Both the position numbers and the translations under genes were made by a program. The notes under the pieces are model-generated. The model ran no database searches and was not told the origin of the DNA. It was given only the letters and a program-made list of their open reading frames with translations. Shown here in pieces: positions 45,833 through 55,845 of a stretch of DNA of 64,000 bases; the first letter of the stretch is position 1; the number at the start of each line of letters is the position of its first letter. The stretch covers positions 10,742-74,741 of the forward strand of contig CAVPKE010000007.1 of assembly GCA_963705615.1 (NCBI GenBank), read 5' to 3'. This DNA comes from an uncultured beta proteobacterium. Its GTDB lineage: Bacteria > Pseudomonadota > Gammaproteobacteria > Burkholderiales > SHXO01.

Positions 45833-47229
45833 CTAACGCTCCCCCACAGCCTTCAGAAAGCTCTCCTTGTCGTCTTCGCTGCTCAGCTGCTCGGCGAGCA
45901 GTAGGTGGAACTGCCGCCGGCTCGTGGCTACGGCCGCGGCCTTTTTCACCACGATCCGGGCGATCGGGCCGAGGTACGGCGCCAGCCGGCGTGAGGTGTT
46001 CTCGATATCCTGGGGGGTCGGCGGCTGTGAGGCGCCTTCGTCCTGGTCCGGCGCTTTTTCGGCCTTTTCCGGCTGCGCAGGGCGGCGCCGGACAGCTGCT
46101 GCCGGCCGGCCAGGAACTTGTTCTTCTCCGCTGCGCTGCTCAAACTTTCCGCCAGCAAGGCGTACAACGTATCGAGCTCCGTGGTGTTCTTGGCGCCGCG
46201 CCGGACGATGACCTTCGCCACAGGCCCGAGGTAGTGCATGAGCTGCTGCTCGATCTGCTTGAGCACCTCGGCATCCCACCCGGCGGGCGGAACCGTGCTC
46301 ACGCCGGGAGCGGAGTCGGTCTGTGACGGGCGGCCGGCACCGCCGTGGGCGGGCGGCGGGGTGGCCGCGTCGATGATGGTTTCTTCCGATACGACCGGAC
46401 TCACCGGCGCGGAGTAGGCGTCCATGATCGCCCCGCGCAGCTCCTGGGCGCCGCGGTATCGCTCCTCGGGCTTCTTCGCCAGCGCCTTGGACAGCACCGC
46501 ATCGAAGCGCGTCGATGCGAGCTCGGGAGCAATCTTCGACGGGTCCACATGCGGCTCGTAGCAGCTCTTGTAGGCGACCGTCTCGGTCGTGCCGGTGAAC
46601 GGCTTGACCCCGGTGAGCAGCTGATAGAGCACGACGCCGGCGGAGAAGATGTCGGCGCGCTGGTCTATCGCGGCGCCGCCGTACTGCTCGGGCGCCATGT
46701 AGCCCGGCGTGCCCATGATCGTGCCGAGGTGCGTGAGCTTGGAGGAATCCAGATGGGCGATCCCGAAGTCGGCGATCTTGAGCCTCCCGTTGCTCATGAT
46801 GATGATGTTGGCGGGCTTGATGTCGCGGTGTATCACGCCCTGCTCGTGCGCATAGTCCAGGGCTTCGAGGATCTGGGTCATGATGCTGACCACGTCGCCC
46901 AGGCCGAAGCGCGTGCCGCGCTGGAAATACTCGCGCAGCCCCTTGCCCTGCACGTACTCCATGGCGATGTAGGCCACCGCTTCGTCTTCGCCATACTCGT
47001 AAACCGCGACGATGCCCGGATGAGTCAGCCGGCCGGCGGCTTGCGCCTCGTTCTTGAAGCGCGCAATCAGCGTCGCCGACTGGTCGTCGTCGATATTCTC
47101 CTTGCGGATGACCTTCAGCGCGACGGTGCGGCGGATATGGGGGTCGAAGCCCTTGTAGACGACCCCCATCGCGCCCTTGCCGAGCACCTCAACGATGGAA
47201 TACTTGCCTAGGCGTTCCGGCAGAGGCAT
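45833..47229 (-). CDS. Hanks-type Ser/Thr protein kinase with two copies of a C-terminal ~55-aa domain (one frame change near 46090)
   Basis: LGKYSIVEVLGKGAMGVVYKG...VALKVI...VIHRDIKPANIII...KIADFGIA...GTPGYMAPEQ. C-terminal repeats: VLKQIEQQLMHYLGPVAKVIVRRGAKNTTELDTLYALLAESLSSAAEKNKFLAG and TSRRLAPYLGPIARIVVKKAAAVATSRRQFHLLLAEQLSSEDDKESFLKAV. Confidence 0.9.
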
Positions 47230-47270
47230 CGGTAGCGGCCGCGAGACAGGGTGTGCGTGGTTGGCTGGGG

Positions 47271-48149
47271 TCAGTCTTCCAGCATCTTCATCGCCTTGCT
47301 CAGGCTCTTGCGCAGGCGGCCGAAGGACTCGGCGAGCACGCCGATCTCGTCGTGGCTGCGGACGCTGAACTCGGGCACGTCCTGCTCGCCCAGGCTGACC
47401 TGGTCGGCAAGCTTGGACAGCTGCGTCACGGGCCGGATGACGATGTGCTGAAGCATCAGGTTCAGCGCGATGAAGATGAACGCGAAGATCCCGGTGAGCG
47501 AGAGCATGAACACCTTGAAGGCTTCGTTGGCACGCTGGATCGGCACTGCAGTGGGCACCGACATGATCTGGGCACCGACGATTTCGTTGAGCTTCCAGCC
47601 GAAACCGTTGGCGTTGCCATAGTGGTCGAGCATGGTCCTGGGCGCGGCGTCCACCGTGCTGTGGCAGGACAGGCAGGACTCGCTCTTGACCTGGATCGGG
47701 CGCGCCAGGTACAGCACCCGGCCGGTCGGAGTTTCGCGTTCGCCCAGCACCTCCTTCTGCGCGGAGTCCTGCCGGAACTTGCCTACCAAGTCGGCCTCCC
47801 AGTCGGTGGCGCGGTCGCGCGGGTTGGTCGGGTTCAGCGTGGCCTCCTTGTAGCTGTACTCCGGGTACTTCTGGCGCAGGTCGTTGAAGTACTCGGTGGC
47901 GGCGTAGGCCGGGACCGACTGCGGCAGGAACACATACTTCATCTGGGTTTCGAGCAGCGGCTTGATCTGGGTGCTGGTGTAGCTGCGCGTGGACAGCGCC
48001 GCTTCCATCATGATGCGCGCGTTCTGCACGATCTCGTCGCGGGCGTTGTTCTGCAGCAGCGTATAGGACACCGCGCCGGCCACGACCAGGCCAGCCAGGA
48101 ATACGCCGATGAAGACGAGGTTGAACTTGACCACCAGCTTCATTGCCAT
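47271..48149 (-). CDS. DUF3365 (Tll0287-like, CxxCH) sensor domain plus HAMP domain protein with no output domain
   Basis: N-terminal TM, ...VPAYAATEYFNDLRQKYPEYSYKEATLNPTNPRDRATDWE...ARPIQVKSESCLSCHSTVDAAP..., a second TM, then HAMP (IVIRPVTQLSKLADQVSLGE...DEIGVLAESFGRL). Confidence 0.8.
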   Translation of the reverse strand: MAMKLVVKFNLVFIGVFLAGLVVAGAVSYTLLQNNARDEIVQNARIMMEAALSTRSYTSTQIKPLLETQMKYVFLPQSVPAYAATEYFNDLRQKYPEYSYKEATLNPTNPRDRATDWEADLVGKFRQDSAQKEVLGERETPTGRVLYLARPIQVKSESCLSCHSTVDAAPRTMLDHYGNANGFGWKLNEIVGAQIMSVPTAVPIQRANEAFKVFMLSLTGIFAFIFIALNLMLQHIVIRPVTQLSKLADQVSLGEQDVPEFSVRSHDEIGVLAESFGRLRKSLSKAMKMLED

Positions 48150-48174
48150 GCTCCCTTGCCGGCGCTGGCCGGCG

Positions 48175-49119
48175 TCATCTGGTCTCCGAAACCTGCGGCT
48201 GGCCGCTCTTGTCGGACAGCGGCGGATGCTCGTACTTCTCGGGATTGATCAGTCGGTCCCATTCGGGATGGTCCTTGAGTCCGGCCGCGATCGCGCTGCG
48301 GAACGCCGGATCGCCGAGCTTGGAGTGCCAGTGGCTCACCATCGCCCTGCGCACCGCGGGCACGCTGTTCACCCAATCCTGCACCTCGGCATAGGTGAAG
48401 TCGCCCGAGCGCTTGGGCGCGATATTGCGCTCCTTGAACTTGGCCAGGCGGGAAGGCAGGGTGTCCATGAAGCTGCGCGGAAGCGCGGCCAGGAATGCCT
48501 GTGAGGGACGCGCCGCTACCGCGCCCCGCTGCTCCTGCTTGCAGCTGAAGAACTGTGAGCCCTTGATCCGGGTGGCGTCGCCCGTCTTGCCGGAGCTCGA
48601 CACCTGTGCGACACGCGCCTCGCCGCTTTCCATGTACACCGATGCCTCCGAGCCCGACACCTGTACCACAGCCGTCGCGTCGGCAGTGCTCAACTCTACC
48701 AGGGGACTGCTGTAGCGGCCGATGACGCGGGTCGGCTGCCGCGAGGTTGAAACCTTCATCCACCCTCGCAGCAGGAACAGCTCGCCGCCTCCCGGCGATC
48801 TGGCAGGATAGGCCAGCACCAGAAAGCGGCTCTGCGGGGCGAGGTCGACGATGGTGCCGTCGGTGAACTCGATCTGCGACAGCGCCTTGTCGCCTAGTTC
48901 GAGAATATCGCCCGGCTCCAGCCTGACGCCCTCTGACAGCGTATAGCGCGAGACGCCCCGCAGCAGCGACGCACTGCCCTCCAGCAGGGTCACTGCCCCG
49001 ATCAACTCGACTGCTGCGGCTGCAACCGGGAACAACAGGCACGCCAGGATCAAGCAGTTGCCGGCGGTAAGCCGCAACGACCGCTTCCAACTGCAACGTG
49101 GACAGCTTACCGTCAGCAT
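48175..49119 (-). CDS. FecR-domain exported protein
   Basis: Signal peptide, then IGAVTLLEGSASLLRGVSRYTLSEGVRLEPGDILELGDKALSQIEFTDGTIVDLAPQSRF is FecR-like. Confidence 0.7.
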   Translation of the reverse strand: MLTVSCPRCSWKRSLRLTAGNCLILACLLFPVAAAAVELIGAVTLLEGSASLLRGVSRYTLSEGVRLEPGDILELGDKALSQIEFTDGTIVDLAPQSRFLVLAYPARSPGGGELFLLRGWMKVSTSRQPTRVIGRYSSPLVELSTADATAVVQVSGSEASVYMESGEARVAQVSSSGKTGDATRIKGSQFFSCKQEQRGAVAARPSQAFLAALPRSFMDTLPSRLAKFKERNIAPKRSGDFTYAEVQDWVNSVPAVRRAMVSHWHSKLGDPAFRSAIAAGLKDHPEWDRLINPEKYEHPPLSDKSGQPQVSETR

Positions 49120-49287
49120 ACCGGAGCAATACTAGGCTCGCCGGGGAAACCCTGTCAAACAAGGGTTTGCGTGATCTGCGTCACATGTCCTCGACGGCGC
49201 CATTGTGTATACTCGAAACGAAGTTTCCGACTATATTTGGATCGCGTGCTCTCGCACGATCAATCGGTTTGCCGTCAACAGACCGCC

Positions 49288-50182
49288 ATGCCCTCGTCTT
49301 ACGAATCCCGCGCCGTCCTGTTCGTCGATATCTGCGGCAGCACTCAGCTGTACGAGATGCTCGGCGATGAGCGGGCATCCAAGCGGGTCATGCGCTGCCT
49401 CGAGATGCTGCGGCTGCACGTTGAAGACGCCTCGGGCCGGGTGATCCAGCGGGTCGGCGACGAGTTGATGTGCCTGTTCGACTCGGCAGACTCGGCGCTG
49501 GACGCCGCGCGCATCATGCAGGAGTGGGTTGCCCGGCAAGAGGGGCTCGATCAGCCGGCGCTTGCCATACGCGTGGGCTGCCACTTCGGCCCCGTCATCG
49601 AAGACGCCGGCGACCTGTTCGGCGATTGCGTCAACGTCGCCGCCCGCGCCGCCGCATTCGCGGAGGCGGGCCAGGTGATCACCACCGAGCAGACCGTAGC
49701 TCATCTGTCCGCCCCGCTGCGCGACGGCGTGCGTCCCCTCGGTCGCTTCCCGGTCAAGGGCAAACAGCAGGACCTCAGAATGTACGAGTTCGTCTGGCAG
49801 GATAGCGAGGAGGCGACCACTGCCTCGGGAACGCGTACCGGCGGGTTCGAACGCTCGACGCGGCTGATGCTGAAGTACGCGGGCCACGAGCTTTGCCTGG
49901 AGAGCCGGGATCGTCCCGCGCTGCTGCTCGGGCGCGACGCGGGATGCGACGTCGTCATCCTGGATCCGAAAGCTTCGCGCCGGCACGCCCGCATCGAGAC
50001 TCGACTCGAGAAGTTCGTGCTGGTCGATCAGAGCGTCAACGGCACTTTCGTCAAGATCGCCGACGAGGAGCGAGATCGCCCTGCGGCGCGAAGAGCTGAT
50101 CTTGTACTCCCACGGCCGGATTACGCTGGGACACCGGGGCGATGGCCAGGACACCTGGCTGCTCGAGTTCGATTGCCGCTGA
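49288..50182 (+). CDS. Class III adenylate/guanylate cyclase domain fused to an FHA domain (one frame change near 50070)
   Basis: RAVLFVDICGSTQLYEMLGD...IQRVGDELMCLF...AIRVGCHFGPVIE..GDLFGDCVNVAARA, then FHA: LLLGRDAGCDVVILDPKASRRHARIETRLEKFVLVDQSVNGTFV. After the shift: EIALRREELILYSHGRITLGH...LLEFDCR*. Confidence 0.85.
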
Positions 50183-50301
50183 TCCGAGCGAGAATCGGCA
50201 CGCAAGACCCGCGAGCGCCGGGTGCTACAATCGACGCACCGCGTCGCGTGGCCAGGACCTCGATCCGGATCACCGCCGGGCCCACAGCCGGAGTCAACTA
50301 C

Positions 50302-50676
50302 ATGTCAAGCAAAAAAAGGACATTCGCGGCGCTTTGCCTGTCAGCCCTGGTCCTGCCCGCTGCGGTGTGGGCGTTCAACACCAGCTTCCTGCGCGACGCC
50401 CCGCTCGCCTATTTCACCGACAAGGACTGGAGCATGTTCAAGGACACCCTGTACAAGGCCTTGAACGAAAACGCCGACGGCGCCACGGCGAGCTGGAATA
50501 ACGCTTCCAGCGGCAGCAACGGTGAAGTCACGCCTCTGCATACACGCGAGGTTAACGGCATGACCTGCCGCGAGACGCGCATCGTCAACCGCGCTCAAGG
50601 CCTGAGTGCTCAAGGCGAATACCATCTATGCAAAGCTGCCGACGGTGAGTGGACGATCGACGGGTCCACGAATTGA
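50302..50676 (+). CDS. Small exported surface-antigen-like protein (RT0821/Lpp0805-type)
   Basis: Signal peptide, then ...[40 protein letters not shown]....[12 protein letters not shown]...[15 protein letters not shown]. Confidence 0.6.
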   Translation: MSSKKRTFAALCLSALVLPAAVWAFNTSFLRDAPLAYFTDKDWSMFKDTLYKALNENADGATASWNNASSGSNGEVTPLHTREVNGMTCRETRIVNRAQGLSAQGEYHLCKAADGEWTIDGSTN

Positions 50677-51546
50677 GCGGTCCAGCTTCCCGTTTCAGCA
50701 GGTCGATGTTTTTTCGGCCGTCCCGTTCAAGGGCAACCCGGTTGCAGTCGTCCTCGACGCCGACCGGCTGTCCAGCGATCAGATGCAGGCCATCGCGCGC
50801 TGGACCAACCTGTCGGAAACCACCTTTGTCTGCACCCCTGCAAGCCCGCGTGCGGACTACCGTCTGCGCATCTTCACGCCCCAGGAGCGAGCTGCAGTTC
50901 GCAGGTCATCCGACCATCGGCTCCGCGCATGCGGTATTGCGCAAAGGGTTGAAGCCGAAGCTCCGCCGGGCGGCTCATTCAGGAATGCGGGAGGGGGCTG
51001 GTGACCCTCAGCATCGACGGCGAACGCCTGTTTCTCGCGTTGCCAACGCCGGCGCTGCGCGACCTCGTAGCTCCGCGTCTGAGCGACCTGGCTGCTGCGC
51101 TGGGGCTCGGAGCAGACAGCGTGCGTGCCAGCGCCATCATCGATGTGGGGGTGGCGTGGATCACGCTGCAGCTCGCGGACGCCAGCCTGGTACGCGGGCT
51201 ACGGCCCGATCAAGCTCGGATCCACGCGCTGACTCCGCCCGGCATCGTGGGTGTTACGGTCTTTGGGTTGGCTTCGCCGGGAACGCAGCCGGAGATCGAA
51301 GTGCGCTCGTTCGCGCCGGCCGAAGGCGTGCCCGAAGACCCAGTGTGCGGGAGCGGCAACGGCTGCGTAGCGGCGCTCGTCAGGCGCGAGCGGCTGATCA
51401 CGCGATCGACTTATATCGCGGGTCAGGGTTCTTGCGTCGGTCGCGACGGCCGAGTCGAAGTGCGATTCGGCGACGACGAGACGATCTGGCTCGGCGGGCA
51501 CGCGGTGACTTGTGTCGAAGGCACGCTGCGCACCCAAGTCCCCTAG
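50645..51546 (+). CDS. PhzF-family isomerase with 2 frame changes; start uncertain
   Basis: [47 protein letters not shown]...YRLRIFTPQ | [17 protein letters not shown] | ...[30 protein letters not shown]. Frame changes near 50885 and 50985. Confidence 0.85.
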
Positions 51547-52522
51547 GGCGTGGTTACCCGGAGGTTGACCGGGACGCGTCCGCCCTGTGAATCGATGACG
51601 TAGAGCTTCACTCTGGGCAGGATCTTCTCCATGGCGTCCAGGTAGATCCGCGAGCGGGTGACATCCGGCGCTTTCTGATACTCCTTCAGCACCGCCAGGA
51701 AACGGGTCGTGTCGCCGATGGCTTCGGCGATGCGCTGCTGCTTGTAGTTCTGCGCCTCGCTCACCGTCTGGTTGGCCTCGCCCCGCGCGCTCGGGATCTG
51801 ATCGTTGGCGTAGGCGCGCGCCTCGTTCTGCGCCTTTTCGCGGTCCGCCATGGCGTCGGCGACGTCCTGAAAGGCCTGCGCGACCGCGCGGTCCAGCGTG
51901 ATGCTCATGATGCTGACCGAGGAGATCTGGATACCGCTGCGGTAGCGATCCAGGATCTCCTGGGTCTTGAGCTTCACCCGCCCCTGGATGGCAAGCCGAC
52001 CGGTGGTCAACACCTCGTCGATCGGCATGCCGACCACCGTTTCCGTCAGCACGCTCTCGCGCTAGCGTTCGCGACCAGCGTCTGCGGCTGCTCGATCTGG
52101 AACAAGAACTCGGCGGGGTTGCGAATCACGTACTGGACCACCAGGGCCACGCTGAGGATGTTGGTGTCGCCGGTCAGGACCTCGACGCCCGTGACCGCCT
52201 GCGAGTCGTTCTCTGGCAAGTCGAATCCCACGCCCGTCTTCATCACGCTGGTCGTCTTGAGTACGTCGACGCGGTCCACAGGCCAAGGCAGGCGGTAGTG
52301 CATGCCGGGTCCGACCCGAGCCTCAACGGCCCCGAACCGACGCACCACTGCGTGCTCGTCGGCATTCACGACGTAGAAGCCAGTGGCGAAGTAGGTGCCC
52401 AGCAAAACGACAGCGAGCAGCCCAATCCAGTGACGCGGCCTGCCCGGCAGCGCACCGGACAACACGTTGAAGCCGGCCCCGTGCCGCTCTGCAGGTTCAA
52501 CCTGATGCGGGGGCAACGTCAT
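51543..52522 (-). CDS. SPFH/band-7 protein, HflK-like (one frame change near 52050)
   Basis: MTLPP...TM...GFYVVNADEHAVVRRFGAVEARVGPGMHYRLPWPVDRVDVL...LTGDTNILSVALVVQYVIRNPAEFLF joins ...LDRAVAQAFQDVADAMADREKAQNEARAYANDQIPSARGEA. Its start overlaps the upstream stop (ATGA). Confidence 0.85.
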
Positions 52523-53533
52523 CGCGCGGACTCCGGCTTGTGCGGGACGTCCTCGGACGGCGCTGATCCCGCACCCAGCCGGCCGGGGCGCGCGATGGAC
52601 AGGGCGCGGGAGTTGGGCGGCTTGGGCTTTGCCTGCGTCGAGCCCTGCTCCAATGGGGCGGCGGCATGCGGACGCGGCTGCGGACTGAGCATGCGCAGCA
52701 CCTCGCGCGTCGCCGGGAAGAAACAGCGTGGTGTTCTCGTCCAGGAACTTCTCGTAGGCCTGCAGCGTGCGCAGGAACTTGTAGAAGGCCGGGTTTTGGC
52801 TGAAGGCAGCCGCGTAGATGCGCGAGGCTTCCGCATCGCCCTCGGCCTTGAGGCGTTGCGCCTGCGCGTAGGCCTCCGCCTCGATGTGGGTCTTCTCCCT
52901 GTCGGCCTCCGCGACGATCTTCCTTGCCTGCAGCTCGCCTGCGGTGCGGTACTCCTTGGCCATCTTGCCTCTCTCGGCTTTCATCCGTTCGAACACGTGC
53001 TCGCGGTTCTGGTCCGGCAGCGTCAGATGCAGGAGCTCTACGTCGAGGATCTCGATGCCGTACGCGCTGCGTGCAAAGTCCGCCACGCGTTCGCGGATCT
53101 CGGACACGATCGTCTGGAACCGCTGCGCATTGCCGTCCGGAGCGATCAAGGAGGTGGCCGGCTGCGTGCCGAGGACCGATCCGATCTCCCCGAGCACGAC
53201 GTCCGCCAGCCGCACGTCGGCATTCGAGCGCGTGGCCAGCGTCGCGAGAAAGCGCTCGGGATCGGCGATGCGCCACGTTGCCAGGCTCTCGACCACGACG
53301 TTTCTCTTGTCCACGGTGAGATATTCGGCCGGCGCGGGGCGCGAGAACGTCAGGCGTTTGTCCAGCCGCACGACGCGGTCGAACGGCGCCTTCATGTAAA
53401 GCCCGGGCTCCGTAACGACCCGGACCACGTCACCGAAGCGCGTGACCAGGGCGTACTCGGTGACGTCCACGGTGAACAGGCTTCCGCCAAGCACCCACAG
53501 CGCCAGTGCCGTCGCGCTGAGTACTAGCGCCAC
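52519..53533 (-). CDS. SPFH/band-7 protein, HflC-like (one frame change near 52715)
   Basis: ...LFTVDVTEYALVTRFGDVVRVVTEPGLYMKAPFDRVVRLDKRL...GIEILDVELLHLTLPDQNREHVFERMKAERGKMAKEYRTAGE...RIYAAAFSQNPAFYKFLRTLQAYEKFL. Confidence 0.85.
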
Positions 53534-53585
53534 GCGCAGCCGTGGAGCGTGGGCGGGCGGGTCGCCGACCGATGCGTCGTTCCAC

Positions 53586-54680
53586 CTACTTGCCTCTGGT
53601 CACCCCGACCGGCTGCAACAGCCACATGTCGAAGTCTTTGATGTCGCCCGCGCCGGGCCGGACGAACTTCTGCAAGCCCGGCAGCGTCGCTTCGATGGTC
53701 TCGACCTGCAAGCGGAACTGCGTCAGCTCGGGGGCGCGCCGGTACGCGCTCGAGCCGGAGCAGAAAGCTGGCCGCGTCGCCCTGCGCATGCAGGATCTGC
53801 TGCGTCCCGGAAGGCAAGCGCCTGTTCGACCATGGCTGCCGCCTCGCCTTTGGCCTGGTTCACCGTCTCCACCGCGAAGATGTTGGCCCGATTGATCGTG
53901 CGCAGCTTGTCTTCCTGCGCGCTGGCGACGTCGCGGAACGCGTCGTGGACCTCGTCGGCGGATGCACGTAGAGCAGACTGGAACGACAGGATCTCGACCC
54001 CGGTCTGCGCGTGTGTCGAGCATCGCCTGGAGTCGCGTTGCGACTTGCCGCTCGACGTCGCTGCGCTCCGAGGTGTAGATCGCATCGATGCCGCTGCGGG
54101 CCACCACACCGCGCAGCGCGGCAAGGCTCACGCCGCGCACGAACGCATCTGGCTCGGCGACGTTGAATGCGAATTCCACGGCGTCCTTGACGCGGTACTG
54201 CACTGCCCAGCGCAGGTCGATGAGGTTGCCGTCGCCGGTGAGCAGGAACGGCTCCTCGGGGGCCGACTCCTTCTGGAACCACGTTCCCGTAGTGTTGATG
54301 GCCTCCGGCATCCTGAATCCACCCGCGGTCAGGCGCGCGCGATCGGGGTCGCGCGCCGGGACGGTCTTGGTTGACTTGCCCGGGAAGCCGAACTCGATCC
54401 GCTGCACGCGATCCTTCTGGATGATGCGGTGCGCCTCGAACGGCCACGGCAACCGGTAGTGCAGCCCCGGGCCGAGCGCCGGGGAGACGATCGCACCGAA
54501 TCGCATCCGCACGCCGACTTCTCCCGGCTGCACTGCGAACAGTCCGCTGCCGATGTAGGCGACGGCCACGGTCGCGCACGTCCACAGCGCCAGCCCCTTC
54601 GCGGTCAGCCGCACTCCGGTCACAGCGCTGAACCGGTCCCGCAGCCAGATCCATTCGCCCGGCACATGAGTGCGACGCAT
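53586..54680 (-). CDS. SPFH/band-7 protein, HflK-like paralog with 2-3 frame changes; no stop codon separates it from the upstream permease
   Basis: (M)RRTHVPGEWIW...TM...GLFAVQPGEVGVRMRFGAIVSPALGPGLHYRLPWPFEAHRII...LLTGDGNLIDLRWAVQYRVKDAVEFAF..., then GVEILSFQ...VHDAFRDVASAQEDKLRTINRANIFAVETVNQAKGEA..., then ...FRLQVETIEATLPGLQKFV. Confidence 0.7.
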   Translation of the reverse strand: MRRTHVPGEWIWLRDRFSAVTGVRLTAKGLALWTCATVAVAYIGSGLFAVQPGEVGVRMRFGAIVSPALGPGLHYRLPWPFEAHRIIQKDRVQRIEFGFPGKSTKTVPARDPDRARLTAGGFRMPEAINTTGTWFQKESAPEEPFLLTGDGNLIDLRWAVQYRVKDAVEFAFNVAEPDAFVRGVSLAALRGVVARSGIDAIYTSERSDVERQVATRLQAMLDTRADRGRDPVVPVCSTCIRRRGPRRVPRRRQRAGRQAAHDQSGQHLRGGDGEPGQRRGGSHGRTGACLPGRSRSCMRRATRPAFCSGSSAYRRAPELTQFRLQVETIEATLPGLQKFVRPGAGDIKDFDMWLLQPVGVTRGK

Positions 54681-55769
54681 GCTGAGCAGCAGCAGCGCGA
54701 TCAGCAGCAACGCGCCCGCGACTTTGACCGACTCCGGGATGAAAGCGGTGGCCGTACCGAAGGTCGCGCGCGGATCGATGCCCCAGGCGCGGTACACCCA
54801 GTTGAGCGCATAGCCGGCCAGCCAGCGTCACGACGACGATCGCGGCCAGATAGATGGCCATGATGCGGGCGCCCAGGAACTTGAACAGCACCACCAAGCT
54901 GCCGAGATTGGTGGCGGGGCCAGACAGGAGAAAGACGAGCGCGGCCCCCGGGTTCAGACCCTTCAGGACCAGAGCCGCGGCGAGCGGGGTGGAAGCCGAG
55001 GCGCAGGTATAGATGGGGATGCCGATCAACAGCATCACGAGCATCGACGCCAGGCCGCCACCCAGATTCTGCTCGAAGAAGGTCGCCGGCAAGGCGGCGG
55101 CCACGATTCCCGAGAGCATGATACCGAGCACCAGCCAGTAGCTGGTGTCGTCCATCAATCGATGGAATGCGGAGTCGTAGACGCCCCATACGATGCGGCG
55201 AACCGCCGCGATTTTGCCCGCGCTCCATCTGCGGCGCGACGTGCTGCTCGTGCTCGTCGCCGTGCGCATGCCCTGGGTGCTCGTGGCTTCGCTCCGGCGC
55301 TGCGTCGACGGAAGCAGCGCCCGCTTGGCCTGCGGATGCTACGCGTCGGCTCCCTGTCGCCCAGAAAATTGGTCGCGAGCCCGGCGGCGATGGCGGTGAT
55401 CACGCCGGCGATCGGACGGAACACGGTGATGATCGGGTCCATCAGGGCGTAGCTCAGGCTGATGGAATCGACCCCGGTCTCGGGTGTGGCGATGAGGAAC
55501 GCTACCGTTGCGCCCGGGGTGGCGCCTTGCCGTTTCAGCTGCAATGCAGTCGGTAGCACGCCACAGGAACACAGCGGCAACGGCGCCCCGATCGCGGACG
55601 CCCACAGCACCGACTTGACCTTGCCGGTGCCAAACAGCTTCGATAGCAGCTTCGCGGGTACTAGCACGGCTAGCATTCCCGCCAGGACGAAGCCGAACAG
55701 CAGGAAGACAGACGCCTCCTTCAGGATGTTCCAGGTTTCCCACAGCACTCGGAAAAGGAAGTCAACCAT
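54681..55769 (-). CDS. DUF318-type permease (SO_0444-like putative Cu/Zn efflux transporter) with a His-rich loop; about 3 frame changes, 3' boundary unresolved
   Basis: MVDFLFRVLWETWNILKEASVFLLFGF...WASAIGAPLPLCSCGVLPTAL...ATPETGVDSISL.... Loop recovered by hand: ...ERSHEHPGHAHGDEHEQHVAPQ. Then ...SYWLVLGIMLSGI...IPIYTCASASTPLAAALV.KGLNPGAALVFLLSGPATN. Confidence 0.75.
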
Positions 55770-55845
55770 CGATGCGTCTCGTCTTCGTCACCGGCTGACG
55801 GTACAAGCTCCGCCAGCCGGTGACCTCCTCAAATGTCTCCACGCC

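Noticed and set aside
49171-50676. 501-aa ORF spanning the cyclase-FHA gene and the surface-antigen-like gene
   Set aside because: After the frame change near 50070 the FHA domain ends at TGA 50180-50182 in another frame. The remainder up to 50301 is out-of-frame read-through. The downstream protein has its own ATG (50302) and signal peptide.
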